From the IMG/VR virus record IMGVR_UViG_3300044613_003659, positions 1-64,000 of that record: a stretch of 64,000 nt of DNA; one strand, 5' to 3'. The notes beneath the pieces were generated by a model, which searched no databases, had not been told where the DNA came from, and was given only the letters and a program-made list of their open reading frames with translations. The translations under genes were made by a program, and so were the position numbers. Origin of the DNA: a virus. Below are positions 9,767 through 20,914 of the stretch, in pieces (within the stretch, counting starts at the first letter, position 1; each line of letters begins with the position of its first letter).

Positions 9767-10894
9767 TTATCCTACTTTAAACCATCTACCAACTGATGAG
9801 TTATAAAGTAATTTAATCGAAACTGAGTTAGTTAAACTAGCAGATGCAGACCAGTTGTTGGCCAACCCATATACAGAAGTTACATCTGGCGTCATGTTTG
9901 ATACAAAACAACTTGTGATAGCAGTCATTGAAGTAATATCAATGATTCTACCATCTTCTATTGAATCGGGTAGTGTAATAAAAAGGTTGGCTACTGTACC
10001 AGTTGGGCTGCAATTAGCAATAAATCTATTATAATTTACGTTGGCAAAAAGATTCTGTCCGGTAACAACATTAGCAAGTAAATAATCTGGATTTATAATA
10101 CCGTTGTTAATTATGAGATTACCGTTGACAAATGTATTGCCACTTACACCTACACCTCCGTTAACTACTAATGCTCCTGTAGTGGATGAAGTTGAGCCAG
10201 TGGTAGCTGCAACAACAACATTACTTGAACCTGAACCTAAAGTGGCAGTACCATTTGCTGTAAATGATCCGGCTACGCTAAATGTGTTACCGTCAAAATC
10301 TCTATTTCTTCCTAAATCTCTGATACCTAAAGTGGTTCCGCCATCAACTGTGAAGATTTCAAAGAAATAATCGGTCGAGTTTGAAATTTCTGTTGAACTA
10401 AAAGTGATTGTATTTCCACTGAATCCTATAATGCTAGAAGGATTGCCTAATGTCAATGAGTTAGGAAAGGTTAATACATAGGCAGAATTTGGGTTGCTTA
10501 CCCATAACTTAATGCTTGCATATTGTGAGCTAGCATTTGAAGGCCAACTAAATGTTAGCGTAGTTGATCCTGCCATAGTAATTTTTTGGAAATTACCATT
10601 TGTAAAATTGATAGTAACACTTCCACTAACAGCTCCAATGTTATTATATGTTTCACGCCAGGCTGTTAGGGTAGGGTTAACTATTGCGTTACCGGCAAAA
10701 TCATTGCTTAATGTTGTGTTTAAAAGTGCGCTTTTTAAAACCGCTTTATTTTGAATATCTTCAATTTCGGCTTTAACAAAAGTAAAATTGTTTCTAATGT
10801 TAGTAAAATTATCGCGAAAACCTTGGCTGTCATTATCTTGCCCGGCAACAGGATAAGTACCATCAATATTATTTGGATTAACTTGGCTTGTCAT
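9767..10894 (-). CDS. Virion structural (tail/baseplate-associated) protein
   Basis: N-terminal YPVAGQDNDSQGFRDNF; S/T/N/G-rich with STTTGALVVNGGVG fibre motif. Confidence 0.7.
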   Translation of the reverse strand: MTSQVNPNNIDGTYPVAGQDNDSQGFRDNFTNIRNNFTFVKAEIEDIQNKAVLKSALLNTTLSNDFAGNAIVNPTLTAWRETYNNIGAVSGSVTINFTNGNFQKITMAGSTTLTFSWPSNASSQYASIKLWVSNPNSAYVLTFPNSLTLGNPSSIIGFSGNTITFSSTEISNSTDYFFEIFTVDGGTTLGIRDLGRNRDFDGNTFSVAGSFTANGTATLGSGSSNVVVAATTGSTSSTTGALVVNGGVGVSGNTFVNGNLIINNGIINPDYLLANVVTGQNLFANVNYNRFIANCSPTGTVANLFITLPDSIEDGRIIDITSMTAITSCFVSNMTPDVTSVYGLANNWSASASLTNSVSIKLLYNSSVGRWFKVG

Positions 10895-13800
10895 TTATAC
10901 AAATACTCCAATCTGTGGGAATTTAATATATTTATCTAAAGATTCCGGAACGATCCAAATATCTTTATTACTGCCAAAGGTGGTGCCTCCAGCAAAGGAA
11001 TTTCCAGCAGTAAATCCTTCGCGCACCACACATGTTCCGCCATCAAAAGTAGTTTCTGCTGTACGGAAAATTCCTGTAGGATTTTGGAAAATAAAGTACG
11101 ATGGTATGATTTGGCCGGGGAAAGTTTGATACTGCAAAGTTGAAACTTTATAAGTGTCTCCGGTTCTAACTTTCACTGTCTGATTTACAATTATTTCTAA
11201 TAAAAAGGTTAATTTTACCTCTGCGTCATTACCTTGATCAAAATGGCTGAAATTTAACTCTTCGCCTTCTTCATCAAATCCTATACTATTATCATCAAAC
11301 CCCAATTCTGCGAATTCAGTCCAAGTTAATTCCCATACTCCCCCTTGTTGGTTAATAACAGACGCACCACTTACTTTTGACAAATATCCTGGTATAGCTT
11401 GACCACTTGAATTTATCCATCCGTCATTAATGCCCCCATATCCATATTGTTGAGCAAAAATAATTTTACTTCTTTGATTAAATTCTCTTACACCATCAAT
11501 TAAGAAATTATCTCTTACAGCACTTAAATTTTCCCCATCGATGGTGCTAAACGGGGTACTTACTGCATAATCAACGCTGGCTTCTCCATTGATTCTTATA
11601 CTCTGACCAGCTTGAACATTTATATTACTCGTTATGGAAAGTACATTGCCACTTGAGTTGTAATTACTAATTGTGGTGTTTTCGGGAATTGACAGGTTAG
11701 CACTTCGACTCTGTACCGTCCATCCATACCCAATGTTTATATTATTTGGAATAGTAATAACATTTGAGTTCGTTACGGTATTTGTTATAATTGTGTCAAT
11801 TATAGCAGATCCTTGTGTAATAGTTGGGTATTTGTCAAAAGTAGTGGGTACACTTGGCTCAAAACTATTAGTTTCTGTGTTATAAAATCTTGATAGATAG
11901 TTGTCCCATTGGTATCTGTCTGCAATAAATGGAATAGAATTTATTTCAAATCCACTGTTTTCTAATCTATATGCAATTAGTTTTGAAGCTCCTGGTTTTG
12001 TATATGCCAATACAACACATCTTATTAAACCTAAAACCATGCCGTCTTCTTGCACACTGGTCATCCAACCAGGTAAAGTGCTTCTATTTGTATATCCTAT
12101 TCCATTCTCTAACCTTTTTTGCATATTAGGGAAACTATTAGGGTAGATAATATTATATGCTTGATTGTTAAAAAGAAAACTATTTGCTATCGTCAATTGA
12201 ACTTCTAAAGGAGGACCTGCAGTGCCAAAAGATTGTTCATCTATTAGATCAACATATACAACTTCGTAGTCAACGTCGCCATTTTCATTAACTGCTCTTG
12301 CAGTCTTAATTTGTCCAAAGTTTAATCTCTTAAAATAATGATTTCTATTTATTGCAGACACAAATGTTTCCGCAGTTGAGGCTGCTAATCCAGATAAAAA
12401 TAAAGATTTGAAACTTTGTTGTACACCAAAATAGGTATCATCGGGCCTGTAAATAAGTTCAGAAGGAAAAATTGTTTCATCTTTTGTAATATTAGCCCAA
12501 CTGTTTCTTGCTGTATAGCTAGGTAGTGCTTTAAAATAAACATTTTCATACGGTGCTAAATTTCTTGGCCTTACTATGATTGTAAATTCTTTAGTGGCCG
12601 AAATCGTACCATCAATTGAAGTGGCTTTAATAGTAAATCCACATTGTTGATCAAAAGTTGTTGTTCCACTATCAATTACAGTAGATATCGCATTTGTAGT
12701 TGTGCTGACTGCTTTTTGTATTAAATCATTTGTAAATACTAAAATTGATCCTTGTGTAACATAAATTGCTGGCCGAACTTCTATAGTATTAGCATCAACG
12801 ATTGCGGTTAATCGACAACCTTGTGCCACTCCTACACCTTGCACAGTCATGCCTACTGTCAAATCTTGTGTGGAAGTAACATTAATTGTAGCGGATTGGC
12901 CATCTAAACTAAAATATCTAAACGAAGTACGTCCAACCATTTGCCCACTTTGTAAAAATTTGAGCCCTTGTGGAATTTTCCTAAACGGTGCATAAATTAA
13001 CGAATAGACTAATTCTTTGCCTAAAGTGTTATAAGCACTGATACTTATTTCACTAACAGCACCATTATCAATAGTTCCTAAATCTCTTGCTGTCGTCCAG
13101 ATTATTTCTTCATTAATAGTTTGTTTAACTGTTAGTGAAAAAGTTACAGGATCACTTTGTTCATTTATGTTTGAAGTTCTATATGCAATAACTATAAAAG
13201 AATAAGTCACAAAACTTTCTGTTTGGTCAGGTAATACGCCTATTACCCAGCCTGTAGACTGATTTATAGATAACCCAGACGGTAGCCCACTGGCTCCTTG
13301 ATCAAAAAGTATTGAATCATAACCCGTATTCACTGCGATAAATTGTATATAGATGGTATCAGTAACACCGGGAGTTAGACTTACAAACGTTAATTGATTT
13401 CCTGCCGTGGTGTAATCAGTATAGGCAGTATATAACACACCGTTTACCTGTACAACTATCCTGGCAGCGTTCAATGGTGATTGACTCATACTATATGGAC
13501 CTGATGTTCCGTTTCCAATTATTGTTTGTTCTGCTGCGGCATCTAAATCGTCCATACCACTGAATTCTAATTCGTCAATTTTCCATTTTACATCTTCATC
13601 TTCAGGATCGTAGGCAATAAATTTATAAGCAAATGTATTACCTGCAACAACAATAGGTAGAGATGAAGGGTTATTTAAAATAATTGGTCTGTAACTATTA
13701 TCTGCATCGACTTTTATAAATGAATTGTTTATTAAAGTAAGACTATTATCTGCAGTATAATTGCCCTTACTTACAATAAGCAATCTTACATTATATGTCT

Positions 13801-14413
13801 CAGTCTTGAATCCGTCATCTGCTTGTACAGTAAAATTATAAAATCTATCTGTACTAATTGGTAATGCATCGTAAATAACAGATTCAATTGGTGCTGCTTC
13901 AAAGCCCAGACTGGTAATATTTTGAGCTATAATACTTACATAACCAGATAATCTACCATTTGAATCAAATGTCGTGCCCAATGGAATGTCGCCGTCTATA
14001 ATGCTCCAGGTTTGCACAGCATTTGGATTATCATTTACAGCATTAAAAGTATAATCTAAAAAATTTCCATCAAACCATGCGCCAATAAAATCTGGTTTGG
14101 GAATTATCTGTGGACCATTGATATTACTGACAGTTACACTAAAAGTTCTATCGGCTACATCTCCGTTTGGATTAGTTGCCCTTATAGTAAAAGTGCTTAC
14201 AAATGTTTGATTAACTGAACTGAGAATAGTTGGTATTCCGCGTAATTCTCCGGTGCGTGTTACGTACATCCCTCCGGGCAAATTACCACTGATAAAACTA
14301 TAAAATAAATCTTGCTGACTGCTATCAACCGCTTCAAGTTGATAAGAATAAAACGTATTTTCAGGAATGGTTCCTAAATCGCCTCGAGGTGTTATCCAAG
14401 TAATGACACTCAT
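10895..14413 (-). CDS. Large baseplate wedge-like protein with Ig/cadherin-like repeats
   Basis: 1172 aa; repeated ISGNLPGGM / LPSGLSIN Ig-like units and TTFD motifs. Confidence 0.7.
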   Translation of the reverse strand: MSVITWITPRGDLGTIPENTFYSYQLEAVDSSQQDLFYSFISGNLPGGMYVTRTGELRGIPTILSSVNQTFVSTFTIRATNPNGDVADRTFSVTVSNINGPQIIPKPDFIGAWFDGNFLDYTFNAVNDNPNAVQTWSIIDGDIPLGTTFDSNGRLSGYVSIIAQNITSLGFEAAPIESVIYDALPISTDRFYNFTVQADDGFKTETYNVRLLIVSKGNYTADNSLTLINNSFIKVDADNSYRPIILNNPSSLPIVVAGNTFAYKFIAYDPEDEDVKWKIDELEFSGMDDLDAAAEQTIIGNGTSGPYSMSQSPLNAARIVVQVNGVLYTAYTDYTTAGNQLTFVSLTPGVTDTIYIQFIAVNTGYDSILFDQGASGLPSGLSINQSTGWVIGVLPDQTESFVTYSFIVIAYRTSNINEQSDPVTFSLTVKQTINEEIIWTTARDLGTIDNGAVSEISISAYNTLGKELVYSLIYAPFRKIPQGLKFLQSGQMVGRTSFRYFSLDGQSATINVTSTQDLTVGMTVQGVGVAQGCRLTAIVDANTIEVRPAIYVTQGSILVFTNDLIQKAVSTTTNAISTVIDSGTTTFDQQCGFTIKATSIDGTISATKEFTIIVRPRNLAPYENVYFKALPSYTARNSWANITKDETIFPSELIYRPDDTYFGVQQSFKSLFLSGLAASTAETFVSAINRNHYFKRLNFGQIKTARAVNENGDVDYEVVYVDLIDEQSFGTAGPPLEVQLTIANSFLFNNQAYNIIYPNSFPNMQKRLENGIGYTNRSTLPGWMTSVQEDGMVLGLIRCVVLAYTKPGASKLIAYRLENSGFEINSIPFIADRYQWDNYLSRFYNTETNSFEPSVPTTFDKYPTITQGSAIIDTIITNTVTNSNVITIPNNINIGYGWTVQSRSANLSIPENTTISNYNSSGNVLSITSNINVQAGQSIRINGEASVDYAVSTPFSTIDGENLSAVRDNFLIDGVREFNQRSKIIFAQQYGYGGINDGWINSSGQAIPGYLSKVSGASVINQQGGVWELTWTEFAELGFDDNSIGFDEEGEELNFSHFDQGNDAEVKLTFLLEIIVNQTVKVRTGDTYKVSTLQYQTFPGQIIPSYFIFQNPTGIFRTAETTFDGGTCVVREGFTAGNSFAGGTTFGSNKDIWIVPESLDKYIKFPQIGVFV

Positions 14414-14414
14414 T

Positions 14415-16496
14415 TTAAATTATAACCGCCTCGATAATTTTACTACCATTTCTACCATCAGTAACTAAACTTTTTGCAAATACTGCCTGACCAAAATTAT
14501 TTGCTTGTCCTATACTCTGGGCAAAACCGGCCTGAGCTGATGTAACGAGTAGATCACCTTTACTTACAGCTCCTAGTACCTGCACAGGCACTCTGCCACG
14601 TAATGCAATTGGTAATCCTGGAGAAGCAGCATTCATGAGATATGCAGGATTAGTTGACACGACACCAGCAACACGTATATCAGCAAAAGTATCAGTTACG
14701 GTAATTTCTTGATCTCCCCCAAAGACTACAACGGTGCCAGGCGAATAATCTGAGTCTGCTACATATCTTTCTGCTAAGTCAGCGTATCTAGCTTGTGTCG
14801 AAACTCCATAGAAAGTATTCCACCATTGAGTAACGCTACCTAAGTTATAAGTTATGTTGGCTCCAAAAGGCAAAATATGGCCAACCACGCCAACATTACC
14901 AGTTGCAACAATTGAATTGCCGCCGCTACCACCAATATACAAATTACCCTGCGTAAGGCTGGCTCCTCCTTGTATTTGTAAAGCTCCAGTGGTGGTTGAG
15001 GTAGCCTGCGTATTGCTTGAGGTTTCTAATATATTATTGGTCCAGATCATTCCAGTAGCCACAATAGCGTTTCCGGCACTTCCGCCTATGTAAAGATTTG
15101 CACCTGTACTGATTGCCATGCCACCGGTAAGAACTACTGCACCTGTCGAAGTTGATGTTGCTTTTGTATTATTTCTAAATTGCGTAACACCACCGCCACC
15201 AATTCTGATTGTGGTTGGTCCTGATTCAAACAATTCACCTACTGCGGTGGTAGATGTCAGTGCCGCTGCTGTGGCTGTGTTAATTGCTATGTTACCAGTA
15301 TGAGTTCCTCCGGTCCCGTTAACTGTGCCACCAGTTAAAGTTCCACTCATGTCTATATCGAATACCCACAGTTTACTCCATCTATCACTGGTGCCGGTCC
15401 CTAAAACATACGTGTTGTTGGCATTTGGGCTTATGTCATTGGCATTGATCTGACCGGACACATCTAATCCGGTAAGAGTTCCTAAACTTGTTATATAGGG
15501 TTGAGCTGCGGTAAAAATGTTTCCTTGCACATTGGCTCTGACATTGCCACCAATGTTTGATTGTAGGTTGCCTACCCACACATTGCCAGCTACACCCAGT
15601 CCACCTCTTATTTGCACAGCTCCAGAAATTGCCGAGGTTGATTGTGTGGTATCATTGAATGTAGTGGGTAATCCTATTGGGCCACCATTAAATGCGGTTG
15701 CCGCTGTTTGCACCGGACTACCGCCTATATATATGGTATCTGCTCCGCCATTGAAATACATGCTACCTTCTACATTACCACGCACAACTAGATTACCAAC
15801 GTTTGCTGTATTACCAACAAAAACATTACTTTGAACAAAAACATTACCCTGGATACCAGCACCGCCAACTACCTGAAGTGCGCCTGTCACGTTACTGGTT
15901 GATGATGTTGTATTACTTAATAGAAGTTGTCCAAATTGAACATTACCAAATGTACCTGATGTGATAACATTTGCTGTATCAACTACATCGTCTAAATAAA
16001 CTAAACTACCAGTACTGTTTTGTCTGCCTAAAAATCCATATTTGTCGGCTCCATCATAGTATTGCCATTCTAGGCCTATATCTTTAAGATCATTTACAGT
16101 GTACGGAGCAGCATTAGCATGTATCAAAATAATAGGGGCAGTAGAGTTACTTGTTTGTGTAGCTAATTGCGAACCAGAGACTGATAAATTGCCTATAATA
16201 CTAACATTACCAACAATATAAGCACCTTGTTGACTAACATATAAATTACCATTGCTAGTTACTGTTCCTGCTACTACACTTCCTGCATTAACATAAGTTG
16301 TTGCATAAACATAGCTATTTGAATACAAGTAACCGCCAGTTACACTTACAGCACTTATTATTGAAGGTTCAGTGCCAGCAAATAATCCTGCCTGTACAAA
16401 ACTAAAATTGTCATTGACAGTATCAAAAGCTGTCCTGATTGGATCACCTGTGCCATCATTGGCTACTGCACCTATGTTAATATTGTTTATTGCCAT
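14415..16496 (-). CDS. Tail fibre protein with C-terminal chaperone-like domain
   Basis: ANDGTGDPIRTAF N-terminus; repeated STSTTTGALxxxGG; C-terminal YADLAERY...GVVSTNPAY...ALRGRVPV. Confidence 0.8.
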   Translation of the reverse strand: MAINNINIGAVANDGTGDPIRTAFDTVNDNFSFVQAGLFAGTEPSIISAVSVTGGYLYSNSYVYATTYVNAGSVVAGTVTSNGNLYVSQQGAYIVGNVSIIGNLSVSGSQLATQTSNSTAPIILIHANAAPYTVNDLKDIGLEWQYYDGADKYGFLGRQNSTGSLVYLDDVVDTANVITSGTFGNVQFGQLLLSNTTSSTSNVTGALQVVGGAGIQGNVFVQSNVFVGNTANVGNLVVRGNVEGSMYFNGGADTIYIGGSPVQTAATAFNGGPIGLPTTFNDTTQSTSAISGAVQIRGGLGVAGNVWVGNLQSNIGGNVRANVQGNIFTAAQPYITSLGTLTGLDVSGQINANDISPNANNTYVLGTGTSDRWSKLWVFDIDMSGTLTGGTVNGTGGTHTGNIAINTATAAALTSTTAVGELFESGPTTIRIGGGGVTQFRNNTKATSTSTGAVVLTGGMAISTGANLYIGGSAGNAIVATGMIWTNNILETSSNTQATSTTTGALQIQGGASLTQGNLYIGGSGGNSIVATGNVGVVGHILPFGANITYNLGSVTQWWNTFYGVSTQARYADLAERYVADSDYSPGTVVVFGGDQEITVTDTFADIRVAGVVSTNPAYLMNAASPGLPIALRGRVPVQVLGAVSKGDLLVTSAQAGFAQSIGQANNFGQAVFAKSLVTDGRNGSKIIEAVII

Positions 16497-16513
16497 GTTT
16501 TATCCAAGTTATT

Positions 16514-19285
16514 TTATCCACCTAATGCTTTTAATCTTGCCGCTAGCTCATCTAATGCATCTTGTATGTTAGTTATTGTGGCGTTATAGTTAGCTGCATT
16601 ATTAGGAGTATATGGTTGTGATCCTATATTAGAAAGTGATCCAACATTCGCGTCAATATAAGTTTCAAATGCGCCAACATTAGCACTTAATAAATTTAGA
16701 TCAATTACTGTTGTATCAACAATAGTGCTAATGTTTCCAACGTTAGCATCTAGTAAGTTAAAATCAATTACTATTGTATCAACAGTAGTGCTAATGTTAC
16801 CAACATTACTGTCCAAAGTATCTAAACTAATTTGCAAATTACCAATATTTGCATATAATCCTGGTACATCTGTAATCGCTGATGATTGTACAGTGCCATC
16901 TTGAAATTGTAAATTAGAAGTACCTAGTGAAAAAATATTACTATTTAATAGATAAACCAGTGCATTTCCTGCGCCCAAGAAAACGTTGCTCAAAGTTTTT
17001 ATAATAACATTACCACCTACGCATTCAATGAATCCATCAAATGGCTTATCATTAAATATTGTGCCTTGCCAGGGGTTATCATAATTGCTACTATGAATTC
17101 CTATAGACATATAATGATTTTGGTTGTCCCCGGTGTCGCCTACTAATTTTAACTCCGACGTGGCATTTATACTATCGCTTAAATTTTGAACTACAATTTG
17201 ATAATTGCTATCAACATTGGCTACAAATCTGCCTCCTAGATTTGGATAGTTGATACTATTTTGAGTTTGAACTGACTCAATGATTCCACTTACCTTTAAA
17301 TTAGCATTTGCTAACAAGTAATCAGATTGAACATTTCCTGAAAATATTGCTCCTGACAAATTTGCTTTCGAGGCTATGTTTAGGTTTGCTGATTGCAGTG
17401 CTGAATTGGCATATGTCTGGTAAGCACCCAAATTGGCTTGTATAGCCACAACATTGGCATTTGCATATGTCTGGTAAGCACCCAAATTGGCTTGTATAGC
17501 CACAACATTGGCATTTGCATATGTCTGGTAAGCACCCAAATTGGCTTGTATTGCCACGACATTGGTTTGTATTGCAGCAACATTGGCATTTGCATAGGTT
17601 TGATATGCTCCCAAATTGGCTTGTATAGCCACAACATTGGCATTTGCATAGGTTTGATATGCTCCCAAATTGGCTTGTATTGCCACGACATTGGTTTGTA
17701 TCGCAGCAACATTGGCATTTGCATATGTCTGGTAAGCACCCAAATTGGCTTGTATAGCCACAACATTGGCATTTGCATAGGTTTGATATGCTCCCAAATT
17801 AGATTGTAAGTTAATTTGGAACGCACCTAGATTTGCCTGCAAATTTGTAATGTTTATGTTTGCCGCAGTTAGATTGGCATTTATTAAATTTATTTGAGTT
17901 GCTTGTGTAGTGGCGTTTGATAATAATGTGCTTATGTTAACGTTAGCCGCTGATACGTTAGATTGAATGGAATTGACATTATTAGTCAAACCTATTAATA
18001 CAGTCTCTTGCACAATTGCGTTTGATAATAAATTATCAAGTTCTAATGCTTGTGCTGCTGCATTGGACTGTAAAGATATTAAATTTAAGTTTGCAGCTAT
18101 AATATTAGCATTAATTAAATTAATTGACGAAGCCAACCCGCTTACATTTGCATTTGCAAATATTTGATAAGATCCTATGTTAGCATTTATTGAATTAATA
18201 GATGTAGTCTGACTACTTGCATTAGCTGTGAGTGTAATTATATCTGCTGCTTGGGAAGCAGCATTAGATGTTAAACTGTCAATATCTAATGCTTGACTAG
18301 CAGAATTGGACTGCAGGATAGAAATAGCTGCATTAGCAGCAGACAAGTTAGCATTAATAGAAGCAACATTGATTGCAGAAATAGCTAAATTTGCTGCCGT
18401 AATGTTTGCCCTTAACGAATTAATTTCTATGTTAGCTGCTGCTACTCTATTAGTATTAGTTAATATTGCAGAGTTAGCACTAGTTACGTTTGCATTAATT
18501 GTGTTAATATAGGCAGCTAATATTCCTGTGTTGCTTTGTAGATTTGTTATTAGAGTAGACTTTGTGCCGAGGTTAGCATCAATGCTTGCAATTTTTGCAT
18601 TAGCAGCAGTTACATTAGCATTAACAGCATCAACATTAGAATTATTAATCGAAGCAATTACTAAATTTGCCGCAGTAATATTTGCTCTAAGGGAATTTAT
18701 TTCAATATTTGCCGCAGTTATTCTATTTGTGTTTGTTGCAATTAGGGTATTAGCGGCATTAACGTTGGCCTGAACAGAGTTTATAATATTTGTAACATCA
18801 ACTATTTCTGAATTTATAAGGCTATCTACATATGCAATGCTAGCTGCGCCTGTTATATTATTAACTGTTAATGTTACATTTCCAGTCAGTCCGTTTACTC
18901 TTAAAACAGGAGAAACTGGTATACCAACCGCAGAAACTGTAGCAATGTTTCCAACAGTTACATTGGCAAGTGAAGTTACAGTTAGAAGGACATCATTTAA
19001 TGGTGTAGTACCACCTAGCACATTGCCACGTATTAAATAAACATTGCCTACAACTTGGCCAGTGCCCTGTAGTACAGGATTGGCTGAATAGCTTTCTGTG
19101 TACCTAGTTACATTAAATGTTATACCCGAAACATTTGATGAAACATTGCCATAGGTTAATCCTTCGTTATCTACGGATCCGTAGAGTTCAGAAAAGTTGT
19201 CATTAATTTTAGTAAACGCTGTGCGTAATGGATCTCCTGTGCCATCACTAGCAGAAGTTCCAACATTAATAACTTGTTGTGCCAT
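16514..19285 (-). CDS. Long coiled-coil fibre protein with internal tandem repeats
   Basis: DGTGDPLRTAFTKINDNF N-terminus; A/N-rich heptads; QANLGAYQTYANANVVAI repeats. Confidence 0.8.
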   Translation of the reverse strand: MAQQVINVGTSASDGTGDPLRTAFTKINDNFSELYGSVDNEGLTYGNVSSNVSGITFNVTRYTESYSANPVLQGTGQVVGNVYLIRGNVLGGTTPLNDVLLTVTSLANVTVGNIATVSAVGIPVSPVLRVNGLTGNVTLTVNNITGAASIAYVDSLINSEIVDVTNIINSVQANVNAANTLIATNTNRITAANIEINSLRANITAANLVIASINNSNVDAVNANVTAANAKIASIDANLGTKSTLITNLQSNTGILAAYINTINANVTSANSAILTNTNRVAAANIEINSLRANITAANLAISAINVASINANLSAANAAISILQSNSASQALDIDSLTSNAASQAADIITLTANASSQTTSINSINANIGSYQIFANANVSGLASSINLINANIIAANLNLISLQSNAAAQALELDNLLSNAIVQETVLIGLTNNVNSIQSNVSAANVNISTLLSNATTQATQINLINANLTAANINITNLQANLGAFQINLQSNLGAYQTYANANVVAIQANLGAYQTYANANVAAIQTNVVAIQANLGAYQTYANANVVAIQANLGAYQTYANANVAAIQTNVVAIQANLGAYQTYANANVVAIQANLGAYQTYANANVVAIQANLGAYQTYANSALQSANLNIASKANLSGAIFSGNVQSDYLLANANLKVSGIIESVQTQNSINYPNLGGRFVANVDSNYQIVVQNLSDSINATSELKLVGDTGDNQNHYMSIGIHSSNYDNPWQGTIFNDKPFDGFIECVGGNVIIKTLSNVFLGAGNALVYLLNSNIFSLGTSNLQFQDGTVQSSAITDVPGLYANIGNLQISLDTLDSNVGNISTTVDTIVIDFNLLDANVGNISTIVDTTVIDLNLLSANVGAFETYIDANVGSLSNIGSQPYTPNNAANYNATITNIQDALDELAARLKALGG
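17405..17800 (-). repeat. Intragenic 54-bp (18-aa) tandem repeat with two 21-bp insertions
   Basis: Seven NLGAYQTYAN units, near-identical in DNA, two codon variants; two units carry extra QTNVVAI. Confidence 0.9.
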
Positions 19286-19344
19286 AAATTATCCTATATA
19301 CTAGGTATTTATGGCTTTTGGTAGGATTGAAGTTTTGAGTAAAA

Positions 19345-19671
19345 CTAGTAAGGATTAAAACTGCTACCGCAACCACAAGTAGTTTGTGCCTGTGGATTAT
19401 CAATGCTGAAACTGGCACCCATAGCATCTTCTGAGTATTTAATTTTAGCACCTTGCAGGTACTGTGCGCTCATTGAGTCAACCAGTAAGCCTACACCGTC
19501 AAATTCTAAGTCAAAATCATCTTCGTTTTTGTCTTCGTCGAAGGTAAAACCATACTGCATACCCGAACAGCCGCCGCCCTGCACAAATATACGTAGTTTA
19601 AGATCCGGATTGCCTTCTTCAGCAATAAGTTCCTTTAGTTTGGATACTGCACTTTCTTGTAAATCAATCAT
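19345..19671 (-). CDS. erpA: Iron-sulfur cluster insertion protein (ErpA/IscA family)
   Basis: GGGCSGMQY and CGCGSSF motifs. Confidence 0.92.
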   Translation of the reverse strand: MIDLQESAVSKLKELIAEEGNPDLKLRIFVQGGGCSGMQYGFTFDEDKNEDDFDLEFDGVGLLVDSMSAQYLQGAKIKYSEDAMGASFSIDNPQAQTTCGCGSSFNPY

Positions 19672-20219
19672 GCTCGATCTCCTGCGTAAATTCTACGATT
19701 AACATATTCCCAGTTGATAATACGCCAAATGTTTTTAAGATAACGTTTTTTGTCTGCACCATAATCATTAACCCAGGCATGCTCCCACCAATCTACAAGC
19801 AAAGCAATGTCTGTACGTTTTTGATGATTTTTAATTGTTTTTATCTTACCATCCCTGCTTAGATAAATCCAATTAGAACCTTGAAGTTTCATTGCTTCTT
19901 CTTCAAAATCTTTTTTGAAATCTGTAAAATTACCAAAGTGTCTGTTAATTAATGCTAGACTAGCGCCTGTAGGACTATTACCATTCTTGGGTGCCTTTAG
20001 CTGCGGAAAGAAAATATTGTGCAAATATGCACCTGCTTCATTAAAAGTAGCATCGCCTTCGCCCTTGTTGTACCTATCCACATACCCACGAGCTAGTTTA
20101 CCATAATGATTTTTAATTGTGGTACTACTCATTACTGGAGCCAATCCACCTTCGCTGTAAGGAAGTTTTTTTAACTCTAGTTTTTTCTTTTCTTCTAGTA
20201 AATCAATGATGTCACGCAT
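19668..20219 (-). CDS. Fe/Mn superoxide dismutase
   Basis: LPYS..LAPV, metal-ligand His residues, DWWEHAW motif. Confidence 0.88.
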   Translation of the reverse strand: MRDIIDLLEEKKKLELKKLPYSEGGLAPVMSSTTIKNHYGKLARGYVDRYNKGEGDATFNEAGAYLHNIFFPQLKAPKNGNSPTGASLALINRHFGNFTDFKKDFEEEAMKLQGSNWIYLSRDGKIKTIKNHQKRTDIALLVDWWEHAWVNDYGADKKRYLKNIWRIINWEYVNRRIYAGDRA

Positions 20220-20223
20220 GTAG

Positions 20224-20442
20224 CTATTTAGTGCGATATACTATGCGTCCACGATGTAAATCATATGGACTCATTTCAATTTCTACACTGTCGCCGGCTA
20301 ATATACGTATATTATTTTGACGAAGCCTACCTGCAATGGTGGCTATGATTTGATGGTTGTTTTCTAGTGTTACACGAAACATTGCACTTGGTAGTAGTTC
20401 ATCCACTACCCCAGTCATCCTAATTAAATCTTCCTTGCCCAC
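20224..20442 (-). CDS. infA: Translation initiation factor IF-1
   Basis: 72 aa; KEDLI..G.V.ELLP.AMFRV.LEN...[20 protein letters not shown]. Confidence 0.95.
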   Translation of the reverse strand: MGKEDLIRMTGVVDELLPSAMFRVTLENNHQIIATIAGRLRQNNIRILAGDSVEIEMSPYDLHRGRIVYRTK

Positions 20443-20465
20443 ATATCCTCTTATAAAATACCTAT

Positions 20466-20843
20466 TTATCTACGCATAGAACTGATGTCTTTAGCTTCTT
20501 GATCAGTGAAGATAGGCACAGCATTTGACTTATGCATAGTACCAATACCTACAATATTATCTCCTGTATACTTCTGTGGCATACGAACATTGACAGCACC
20601 CTTTACGCCTGTGTCTAGGCTAGGAATACGCGGCTTGTCTGCGTCACGTCGCAAAGGCTTAGGAGCAACAAAACTTTTGCGCTCAAATTTGATTTTGGTC
20701 TTGGGCGCATAACGGTCCTTAAGAGCCTGCCATTCTTGTTCGAGAATTTCAGCCTTGCGTTTTTGCTCTGCCGATGCAAATTTTTTCTTTCCTTTGCGCT
20801 TGCCTGTAAGCGACAGCCAAGGACCTTCCATGTGCATACTCAT
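20466..20843 (-). CDS. Basic hypothetical phage protein
   Basis: 125 aa, [10 protein letters not shown]; sigma70-like promoter upstream. Confidence 0.7.
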   Translation of the reverse strand: MSMHMEGPWLSLTGKRKGKKKFASAEQKRKAEILEQEWQALKDRYAPKTKIKFERKSFVAPKPLRRDADKPRIPSLDTGVKGAVNVRMPQKYTGDNIVGIGTMHKSNAVPIFTDQEAKDISSMRR

Positions 20844-20914
20844 AGCAAACTCCTAAATAATTTTACAGATTTACATTATAACAAATAAAGGATTTATTGT
20901 CAAGTGTTGCTTAT

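Noticed and set aside
17380-17826. Alternative-frame repetitive ORFs (17380..17826 -, 17438..17809 +) and a possible CRISPR array
   Set aside because: By-products of the in-frame 54-bp coding repeat; there are no unique spacers.
10104-20712. Many plus-strand ORFs antisense to structural and host-like genes
   Set aside because: Shadow frames of long minus-strand genes.
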